Program-made: the position numbers and the translations under genes | IMG/VR virus record: IMGVR_UViG_3300024228_000015 | Coordinates: 1-31,952 of that record | DNA length: 31,952 nt | Reading direction: 5' to 3' (one strand) | DNA from: a virus | Lineage: Duplodnaviria > Caudoviricetes | Shown here: positions 8,823 through 17,000 of the stretch, one piece after another | How the letters are laid out: each line of letters begins with the position of its first letter | Numbering within the stretch: the first letter of the stretch is position 1 | The notes under the pieces: generated by a model | The model's input: the letters and a program-made list of their open reading frames with translations, nothing else | Database searches by the model: none | Told to the model about the DNA's origin: nothing

Positions 8823-9605
8823 TTATAATTTTAGAGTTGTAGGGTAGCTATTATAAATAGGTTCCGTATTAGGGTTCTCTAATGAGTATAGTTTATATAT
8901 CATTTTAAACAATTCAAAGTTTTCTTCTATTTTATCTATCTGTAAAACTTTCCACCCTTTTCCTTGTATTACGTTTTTTTGTTTAGATGGACCTCTAGAA
9001 TGAGCTTTTAACCAGATTATACCTGTACGCTGTATCTTTATTCCTTTTGCTTCTTCTAACCCTTTAGCATAGGCTGAAAGCTGTAAGTCGAAGGACTTAT
9101 GTACTGAGTTTGATGTTTTAATATCTAGTAGCCATATTTCTCCGTGCATCTTTACTACTAGATCTGCCGTACCTGCATATCTATGTTCGTCTGACCATAC
9201 AAAGTCTTCTGCAGATATCAGTTCAGGTTTGTGTGTTCTCCAAAAGTCTGCAAACTTTAATATCATTTCCCAAACTATTTGAGAGTACTTCGCATTACCG
9301 TAATCATCCATCCAAGAAACTTCTTTCCCTAGAACTAACTGTTCACATGCTTCATGTACCTGTGTTCCTTGTTTTCCTGCTCTTCTCATAATAAGATCGG
9401 CGTTATGCCCAACATCCTTAAGCCATGACTCAAAGAATTTATTCTTGGGCATATACTGGAGTATAGTTGTTACGGACGGGTAATATACTCCTTCACCTCT
9501 CTTATAGACTCTACGGTCTAAGAAATTTATCTGTTTTAACTGTGGGTTAAAATCTAATCTCTTTTTTTCATTCTGTTCAAGAATGTTCATTCCTTGCTTT
9601 ATCAT
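8823..9605 (-). CDS. PD-(D/E)XK (RecB/Cas4-like) exonuclease
   Basis: YPSVTTIL, GTQVH, YAGTADL, LDIKTS and QLSAY motifs; 4-nt overlap with the primase stop. Confidence 0.85.
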   Translation of the reverse strand: MIKQGMNILEQNEKKRLDFNPQLKQINFLDRRVYKRGEGVYYPSVTTILQYMPKNKFFESWLKDVGHNADLIMRRAGKQGTQVHEACEQLVLGKEVSWMDDYGNAKYSQIVWEMILKFADFWRTHKPELISAEDFVWSDEHRYAGTADLVVKMHGEIWLLDIKTSNSVHKSFDLQLSAYAKGLEEAKGIKIQRTGIIWLKAHSRGPSKQKNVIQGKGWKVLQIDKIEENFELFKMIYKLYSLENPNTEPIYNSYPTTLKL

Positions 9606-10525
9606 AAATTTAATTTTTGCAACATAATCTTAGAAAAATCTAATTCTATTGCGTTCTGTACTAGTTTAGTAAAGTCTTGAAATCCCATTTCTGAAGGATC
9701 TTTACCTGGTAGTTCAATTAGAAAAACTCTAAATCCTGCTGCTATGAATTTTTCAGCCATTTTTAAAGCTGCATCTTGAGCGTCTAAATCTAGAGCTATG
9801 TAGATGTCTGTTAATTTACTTGTTAATATTTTTCTCCAAAGTTCATTGGATATACTCTTACCTAAGATAGGTATAGCATTTCTTCTTATTGCTATAGCGT
9901 CAAATACTCCTTCACATAGTATAATAGGACAATCCCAGTTTATTAAGTTCTCATAAAATATTATGTCTTTGGAAGATTCCGGGTTTTTGTACTTAAAATA
10001 GTTGCCGTCAAAACTTCTTCCAACAAAATAATTGAGCCTGTTGGATCCAGAATAACTCGGCAAAATAACTCTTCCTCCATATTCTCCACTTGTGCAGTAT
10101 CCAATACCATATTTAATAAAATCATTGTCGGTAAGGCCTCTGTCATATAGGTATTTTTTAACTAAATTTGCTACGACTGATGTGTTGGTTGCTTCATCTA
10201 ATCTTTGATACTCTTTAGGGAGTTCAACTATTGATGTACCTGTATATTCTATTTCTGAACCTTTAGGTAAATACTTCAGTATAAGTGCAGCTTGATCTTT
10301 AGGTGTATTAAGTTGTTTGAGTAGTGAACGGATAGTGCGACCTTTTGTCTGACATACCCAGCATTCCCAGGGATTATGCCCTTTTTCGTTAGTAGCCATG
10401 TTTATTTCTAACTTAGGCTTACGGTGATTGCAGAATGGGCAATGAAAAGCATGATTTGCTCTTGCTCTCTTATGAGATTTACCTAGTAAATTCTCTATTG
10501 ATCCTAGTAAAAAAGTATAATCCAT
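9602..10525 (-). CDS. DNA primase (DnaG-like: zinc-binding domain plus TOPRIM)
   Basis: CPFCNH...CWVC zinc domain; GRVILP, KYKNP, CEGVFDA, ALDLDA and KDP motifs. Confidence 0.9.
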   Translation of the reverse strand: MDYTFLLGSIENLLGKSHKRARANHAFHCPFCNHRKPKLEINMATNEKGHNPWECWVCQTKGRTIRSLLKQLNTPKDQAALILKYLPKGSEIEYTGTSIVELPKEYQRLDEATNTSVVANLVKKYLYDRGLTDNDFIKYGIGYCTSGEYGGRVILPSYSGSNRLNYFVGRSFDGNYFKYKNPESSKDIIFYENLINWDCPIILCEGVFDAIAIRRNAIPILGKSISNELWRKILTSKLTDIYIALDLDAQDAALKMAEKFIAAGFRVFLIELPGKDPSEMGFQDFTKLVQNAIELDFSKIMLQKLNL

Positions 10526-10550
10526 TTAGTTGTCCGTAACTATTATCTTA

Positions 10551-10582
10551 TAATATAAGAAAAATAATTCTAAATATCAACT
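10551..10582 (-). promoter_or_regulatory. Bacteroidota-type promoter AGTTG-N20-TATATTA upstream of primase
   Basis: Second copy, same 20-nt spacing, 25 nt upstream of the ATG at 10525. Confidence 0.7.
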
Positions 10583-10998
10583 AATTTTAAATGATTTTTT
10601 TGATTTACCATAACATTTGATGGTCTGATATCTAATTCTTCTGGGTCTATGCCTATTCTTTTAGATTCTCTTTCAAGTGCTTCGACCCACTCTTCAGGTA
10701 TTTCTCCTCTATATTCTCCTAGAACCTCCATTTGTATAATCCCTAGTTTAGGATTTATTACTTCTACATCGTATATTTTTGCAAAGTTATTTGTCTTCTT
10801 ACCTTTTAGTATAGCTGCATGTTCTAGTTCTACTTCATCTGTTGTAGCTTTGTAAACTCTTCCGTTAAGTAGGTAAGCTGATCCGTAATCTCCTGAGCCT
10901 AAATATTTAGCGCCTTTGTCTCTTAATTGATCTGTTACTTTTTCAAATGCTGGATCGTAGTATAGTATTTCACCAAGTATTACTCTTGATAGTTTCAT
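10570..10998 (-). CDS. Minimal protein-kinase-like-fold enzyme (142 aa)
   Basis: Gly loop YLGSGDYGSAY, VYK lysine, helix-C Glu, IQME hinge, catalytic loop DIRPSNVM, terminal KLVD. Confidence 0.75.
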   Translation of the reverse strand: MKLSRVILGEILYYDPAFEKVTDQLRDKGAKYLGSGDYGSAYLLNGRVYKATTDEVELEHAAILKGKKTNNFAKIYDVEVINPKLGIIQMEVLGEYRGEIPEEWVEALERESKRIGIDPEELDIRPSNVMVNQKNHLKLVDI

Positions 10999-11003
10999 TA
11001 TTT

Positions 11004-11351
11004 TTAACTTTCTTTTTGATTAAAGTGGAACTTTACACTTGGAAAATATTCTCGTTCTCCGGGATCATTTTCATAGTAGTTACTGTCCTGTGTAATTTCC
11101 AAACCTTTGCTTTTTATAAAGCTTATTATTTTGTTCCAATCACTTTGTTCAAATTCATCTTTAACTCTAAAAGTAACCTTACCGTATGCTTTTCCTTTTA
11201 ATGGATCATTATCTTCTCTGCCGCCGGCATAATCTCCCATACTTACATAAGGGCTTCCTCCAAAATTTGTATCTAATTCTTTAGCCAGTAAATCTGATTC
11301 TTTATCGTATTTGTTAAAATCAATTTCTAAGAGTAAGTCTGTTAGTTTCAT
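11004..11351 (-). CDS. Hypothetical protein with MKLTDLLLE leader
   Basis: Shared leader; 4-nt overlap with the upstream gene. Confidence 0.75.
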   Translation of the reverse strand: MKLTDLLLEIDFNKYDKESDLLAKELDTNFGGSPYVSMGDYAGGREDNDPLKGKAYGKVTFRVKDEFEQSDWNKIISFIKSKGLEITQDSNYYENDPGEREYFPSVKFHFNQKES

Positions 11352-11611
11352 AGTTTGTAAATTTTTACTTTAAGATCCCCTGTTCCTTTAATTAATCGGT
11401 GATAAGTCTCTTTAGGTATAAATAGTTTATTTTCTGATAATCTTTGAGGTATTTTATTGTCAAATTGAAATTGCCAATCAGTAGGGTGAGTTGATTCTAC
11501 TATTCTATCTTCCTTATCTCTATGCCAAACATATTCAAATGAATCGGTATCACAGGAGAATTCTCGTACTAAGTAACCTTCCGTATTATATTCTGTATAT
11601 GGGTTATCCAT
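11348..11611 (-). CDS. Small cupin-like protein
   Basis: WHRDxEDR and IPKETYHRL resemble cupin motifs 1 and 2. Confidence 0.6.
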   Translation of the reverse strand: MDNPYTEYNTEGYLVREFSCDTDSFEYVWHRDKEDRIVESTHPTDWQFQFDNKIPQRLSENKLFIPKETYHRLIKGTGDLKVKIYKL

Positions 11612-11625
11612 TATTGTACTTTATT

Positions 11626-12366
11626 CTACCAGTACCCAGAGAAGTTCTTTGCTCCTCCTAATGATTTCCAATACCGTCCTACATTACAAGCCCAGTAACC
11701 TGGTTTTGTTTTATCTTTTTTAGTAGCGCATTTATGTCTTGCAGCAAAAGAAGCTCTTGCTCCTGGTTCTTTTATTTTAACGCTTAATCCTGTTGTTCCT
11801 CCAAAAGACACTTTAACAACATTTCCTTTTTTATTTTTAGTGTAGACAAAGAACTTTTTAGAACCTCCTCTTTTAGGTTTATTTAAAGGTACATCTTTAC
11901 CTTTGTATTTAGCTTCATTTAGTATTTTTAATGCAACATTAGATGGCTCATAAGACCAGTTTTTCTTATCGCTACTCTGTGTTAGAATTATATCTTCACC
12001 TTCTGGTGTTGATATTGTATATTTTCCAGTTCCTGTATTTTTACCAATATAACCTTTAGGCATCTTTGGAATTAAATTCATTAACTTATCATCAGATATT
12101 TTATTAGCTTCATTTATCATAGGTAAATCTAAAGGTACTTTTGTTCCTTCAAATAATCCATATAGACCAATATCTGTTGTTTCTATTAACTTTAAGTCTT
12201 CTTCGTTAAGTTGAATTTTACCGTCTCTATGAGCATCTCTTGCTTCAGCAAATAATTGTATAAAGCTATCGCTAGAGTATCGGTAGACATTCTCATGTAA
12301 GGTGAGGTTATTGTCTACATGGTACCCTAAAGAAGGGAGCCCTAATAAATCTTTTATCTGTATCAT
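11626..12366 (-). CDS. Multi-module hypothetical protein with basic C-terminal domain
   Basis: Modules separated by MINEA and ILNEA; C-terminal VKVSFG...RASFAARHKC...GYWAC domain. Confidence 0.75.
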   Translation of the reverse strand: MIQIKDLLGLPSLGYHVDNNLTLHENVYRYSSDSFIQLFAEARDAHRDGKIQLNEEDLKLIETTDIGLYGLFEGTKVPLDLPMINEANKISDDKLMNLIPKMPKGYIGKNTGTGKYTISTPEGEDIILTQSSDKKNWSYEPSNVALKILNEAKYKGKDVPLNKPKRGGSKKFFVYTKNKKGNVVKVSFGGTTGLSVKIKEPGARASFAARHKCATKKDKTKPGYWACNVGRYWKSLGGAKNFSGYW

Positions 12367-12369
12367 AAT

Positions 12370-12786
12370 TTACTTTTTATTTCTTTCTTGCCAGTCTAGG
12401 GAGATTTTATCTTTTTCTATTGGACCTCCTTTTGCCCATGTTCTACAGCTTCTTGCAGAATGACATTTAAAATGATGCATCCAACAGTAACCTAATTTTC
12501 CGTCTTCATCAGACGTTACACCTGGCATACATTCTTCCATTCTAGGAGATATATCAAATGCAACACAATTGCTACAGTTAGTTCCTTTTGCTGCTTCTTC
12601 TGTAGTGTTCCAGTACTTTGCTATATCCTTCCAGTATGAACCTGGTTCACTTACATTCAGTGGACCGTACTGTATATGAGTTGCTTTTATTGAAGCATCT
12701 CTATTTTTCGTGTTGAGTATTAAATCCTGAGTTGCTGCAGGGCAGGATTCATTATTCTCTTTAAGTAGAATATCTCTTAGTTTCAT
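12370..12786 (-). CDS. Cys-rich protein (possible Fe-S/metal-binding) with MKLRDILLKE leader
   Basis: CSNC...GYC...C...SCRTW pattern. Confidence 0.7.
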   Translation of the reverse strand: MKLRDILLKENNESCPAATQDLILNTKNRDASIKATHIQYGPLNVSEPGSYWKDIAKYWNTTEEAAKGTNCSNCVAFDISPRMEECMPGVTSDEDGKLGYCWMHHFKCHSARSCRTWAKGGPIEKDKISLDWQERNKK

Positions 12787-13262
12787 ACGTCAAAGTCTTT
12801 TCTATAGAACTTACCGAGTACATTGTCGTTAATATAGCTATCCTTGTTCTCTAGTACTTCATTTATAAATAGGTATTTACATTCAAAATACGTTAGAAGC
12901 TTTTTATTAGGTACGTAACATAGTATTGAACGTTTAAAATCTGTTGGTGTACCTTCTTTCACATATTTTAGAATATCTTTGTGTGAACCGTAATACGTCT
13001 TCCAATCTGACTCTGTTATTATTTTTTGCTTTAAAGGTGTTCTTCCTCCTATTCCTTTTGCTTTTCTTTCTTCTCTTAAAGCTTCTAATGCTCTTTTACC
13101 TAATCTCTTGTTACGTTCGAAGTATAGAACTTTTTTTCCTATATACTTTTTATTCGTAGGAATGTGAAAAGTTTCATATATAAAACCGTACGTACCTTCC
13201 GGCATATCTGATATCTCTGTGATTGTTTGACCTTTATTGGTCCATTCTGATTGTGTAACCAT
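12783..13262 (-). CDS. GIY-YIG family endonuclease (Seg-like, free-standing)
   Basis: GFIY...KKYIGKK, WKTYYGS, conserved E and YIN-x-N. Confidence 0.8.
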   Translation of the reverse strand: MVTQSEWTNKGQTITEISDMPEGTYGFIYETFHIPTNKKYIGKKVLYFERNKRLGKRALEALREERKAKGIGGRTPLKQKIITESDWKTYYGSHKDILKYVKEGTPTDFKRSILCYVPNKKLLTYFECKYLFINEVLENKDSYINDNVLGKFYRKDFDV

Positions 13263-13269
13263 GTTTGTT

Positions 13270-13301
13270 TAATTTACGAAATTAAATTTAATTAACCAAC
13301 T
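13270..13301 (-). promoter_or_regulatory. Bacteroidota-type promoter AGTTG-N20-TAAATTA upstream of the GIY-YIG gene
   Basis: Third copy, same 20-nt spacing, only 7 nt upstream of the ATG. Confidence 0.65.
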
Positions 13302-13320
13302 ATATAAAGCTCTAACTAGA

Positions 13321-14022
13321 TTAATCGAAACCTCTATCATCTGAATCTTTCTCAATATCAGATATCTCCTTAGCATTGTGTACTAAGAAATTTGATGCAA
13401 AGTAGTTATCTACCTCTTCAACATCTAAATCACCTGTTTGAACTTCACCGGGTATTTTTTCTCTAGTTTCTATATTGATTAATTCCATATTAAAGTTAAA
13501 GAGTTTGTCTCCTACTACTACTTCTTCTATGTACCTAAAGGAGATAGTGTTATCTCTTTTAATTAATACTGGGTGTTCGTTTGTTATCTTTAATGTGTTA
13601 TTTATACTATAGTGGTTTCCATTTGATCTTAATCGGTTTGCTGTTACGGTTGATACAGTCTTTTCACCAAATACTCTGTAGTGTGTGTACCATTCGGTCC
13701 AGTCTTCCTGTGCTCCTAATCCTTCTATGTTAAAAGAGACTACCCTATCCCCTACTACTACATCTTCGATTGGTTTTTGAGTTCCGTCTGCCATTTCTAT
13801 TAAAGTACCATACACTAAACATCCTAAATCAGTCCCATCATCATCATCATCAACAGATCCTCCTGATTTACCGCGTAAATCATCAAAGCCTATTTCTCCG
13901 GAAGTTCTCTGTGCTAATGTTCGTATATCACTATCGTTTAAGCTACACTGTGTGTTAGAAGTCCCTCCTGCTTCTACATGTATAGCATTTATAGTTATTG
14001 CTCCTGTTGATGATAATGCCAT
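13321..14022 (-). CDS. Putative fibre-tip (adhesin-anchor) module fused to a Hint domain
   Basis: About 53-aa N-terminal module MALSSTGAITI...SLNDSDIR...FDDLRGKS, then a poly-Asp linker, then Hint (C68 LVYGT, TNEHP, LVHN-A); directly follows the S74-bearing fibre gene. Confidence 0.8.
   Translation of the reverse strand: MALSSTGAITINAIHVEAGGTSNTQCSLNDSDIRTLAQRTSGEIGFDDLRGKSGGSVDDDDDGTDLGCLVYGTLIEMADGTQKPIEDVVVGDRVVSFNIEGLGAQEDWTEWYTHYRVFGEKTVSTVTANRLRSNGNHYSINNTLKITNEHPVLIKRDNTISFRYIEEVVVGDKLFNFNMELINIETREKIPGEVQTGDLDVEEVDNYFASNFLVHNAKEISDIEKDSDDRGFD
13375..13821 (-). other. Hint domain 1 (Cys1, TxxH, terminal HN, +1 Ala)
   Basis: CLVYGTLIEMADG...IEDVVVGD; ITNEHPV; NYFASNFLVHN. Confidence 0.9.
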
Positions 14023-14028
14023 AGCTTT

Positions 14029-17000
14029 TTAGTTCTTAGTTTCAAGCTTTTTTTCAAGTTCAATTACTTTTGCTGATAGTTCTTTTATTGCTTCTGTTAG
14101 TACCGCTACTGTTGCTGCGTAATCTATAGTTTTAGTATCTTTATATTCTTCTGTAATAATTTCAGATGAAGATACTAATTCTGGTATATGTTTTTCAAAG
14201 TCCTGAGCTATAAAACCTATTGAGCTTCCTAAATCTTTATTATTCCAATCAAAAGAAACTCCTTGAAGTTTTAGTACCTTATCTAGAGCACCTTTAAGTG
14301 GTTTAACATTGTGCTTTAATCTCTTATCAGATGCATTCCCTGTGGTAAATGCTGTTATGTTATTTGCTGCTGCTATTCTATACGCATATATATCCTTATA
14401 TCTATATGTTGTAGAGCCTATATCAAAACCTGTGGTAGTACTTGTGCTTGTAGTGTTCGGTCTAATTGCATCGGTTGCTAAGGTACCTCCTTTAGTCTGT
14501 AGTATTACTGATGCAGCAGTTGCATTACTATCTAGCCTTTCTGCTCTTACGTACTTATCAGCATCAGATACAATCTGTAGCCCTCCTGCTTTTAGTTCTA
14601 CAAAATTACTTGGTACTGCTAATCCTAACTGTGTATCAAATCCAGTTACACTGGTAAATGTAGCTGCTTGATTTGCGCCGACAGTATGTTTTCTTTCAGT
14701 ATATGTTACAGAGTTCGAGTTCGACACTGTGACAGATCTTCCTGAACCGGTTATTACCTTCCATTTATACCTAAAGTGTATAGTTCCTGCTTCTGATACG
14801 TTTATTATCTTTTCAGCGTTAGTAACTGCAGAATTAGATGTTGTAGATGCACTAGAACCAGCAAATGTAGCATCTACCCAAGTATAACCGTAACTAGGGT
14901 TATGGTGTATTATACTGTTTGCAATGTAGTTAAATTTATCTGGTATTTCATATGAGTGTACCTCTAATTCTTCTTTTACTAACTCTCTCTTATCAACAGT
15001 CTTAAGTTCTACTCCATTTCCTGTGTCAATATAGATTTGTGTTATTCCTGTGTCTATTTTCTCTGTCGGTATAATATGTCCTCCGTCGGTCCAGAAGTTA
15101 TGGTTATAAGTTACTCTGATATTCTTACCTCCTGCTTCTACGAGCCAGTGCTCGTTAACTGTTCTTGTATTTATACCGGCTGGTGTTACTCCTATAAATT
15201 TAGAAGTTTCTTCATCCCAGACTTTCAGTTTATCTTGTCTGTTTATATTTTTTGCAAGTTTAGTTGAACCGTCTATAAGTGTTACTAAAGCGTTAGAATC
15301 TACAGAAGTGAAATCAAATTCAAACTGCTCCGGGGTATTTGAGGAGTTAGTTCCAGAAGATATTTTATATGTAAATGATGAAGTTCTTCCTATCGCAGTA
15401 GATGATCCTAGTAGAGTAGACCCTATTTCGTCATTCCCACTGTTGAATGCACATAAGTATAATTCTGTTATGGTAACTGCTGCTGTTGGTCTAATAAATC
15501 CGTGTTTCTGGGATGATGTTGATGGTACGTAGTTAGGGTCTGCAACTGATACTGTTGGTGTTGTATGTGTACCTACTTTTGCTGTAAATGCTGGTATATT
15601 TAAAGTGACTGTATAATCTCCTGCTGATGTTGCATTAAATGTATCTGCGTCTTTAGGTCCTAGTATACTCCCTGATGCTACTCCAAAATATTGCTTTGCT
15701 CTGAAAGCTGTATTGTCGGTAGAAAAGAGGAAGGGTATAGAACCTGTTGATGCAAAAGAAGACCAATAGTTACCTGTGGAACCTATAGCATCTATATTAA
15801 CATTTACTGCCCCTCCAGCAGTACTAGTCAGATCTCCTAAGGGAGAGATGATAACTTTTTTATCGGCACCTACATACATCTGTATTTCAGGTATATTTGG
15901 TTCAAATACTATTTCACCATCTTCATCTCTTAATGCGTTGGTACTTTCATCAATTACCCAATCTCCAATTCTACCAGATGTTGCTGTGATTTCTCCTGAT
16001 ATTGATGCATCTGATGCTGTCATGTACCCTTCTGCAGATACCGAGAATAACGGTAGTTCTTGGGTTGGGATGGATAGTGACCCTCCTTCAAGAGTACCTC
16101 CTGTAATAACCCCACCTTCTATGTTTGTACCTCTAATTAAACTACCCGTTACACCGGCAGCTGTTACTATTCCCTTGAATGATGCCGATCCTTCGTTATT
16201 AATAAAAAATTCTTTAGCATGTATACTACCTGCTGAATGTAGAGTTAATCCAGATTCTGCAAAGCCGTTTGTTACTGTTTTAGTTCCTGAGAATATAGCG
16301 TCTTGGTCTATGGTCCATCCTCCTGCTGACCCTGATGTTATATCTTCTGTTGCTGTGTATGTAACTTCTATTTCTCTTAATGTAGCTCCATCAGTACTTG
16401 TTGAGAAGATTTTTATAGTATTACTTCCTTGATTTACTTTAATGTTATCGAAGTAGGTATTTAAAGTATTATCTGCTCCTCCTACATCTGTTCTACTTAA
16501 CCTTGTGCGTAGTTGTCTACCGTTTACTGTTGCTTGTACACCTGAGTAGTTAGGTTCTCTTTTAATTGATGGTTCAAATACATAAGCATCAAAACGTCCT
16601 GAGTTTTCAGAGAGTACCATTCTTACTGGAAGAGTATCATCACCTTTTGGTGCAGCGATTTCATGGTAAGTCCAAACATCTGTTAATGTTATAGCTTTGT
16701 CAGCAAAGACTCTATAATCATTTCCGAGTCGTTGTCCACGCATTTTCATTGTACCGGTCCCTTTAAACCACCCTGATATTAGGAATGATTCTCTTTCAGT
16801 ATTTGAGGTTATACCGTTTGATGCTACGTATTGACCTTCGACGGTTGTCTGTATCCTAGTAGCTCTGGTTCCTTCTTTTTTATCTTCTTGATCTAAAGTA
16901 AGTGTTGGATATGAAGTACTTGTTGAAGGTCTACCTTTAAACCATCCATTTCCGTGTTCTATAACCTGGGTTGCTAATGTTTCTGCTCCTGTAAAAATCC

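Noticed and set aside
8823-9605. Cas4-like nuclease as evidence of a CRISPR system
   Set aside because: No repeat-spacer array or other cas genes seen, and no Cas4 Fe-S cysteine set; coupling to primase fits a replication/recombination exonuclease.
9961-10146. 61-aa ORF nested in the primase gene
   Set aside because: Short alternative-frame ORF with no motif or supporting signal.
12783-13262. GIY-YIG gene as part of a group I intron
   Set aside because: Flanking genes are intact and unrelated, intergenic space is minimal, and it has its own promoter-like motif.
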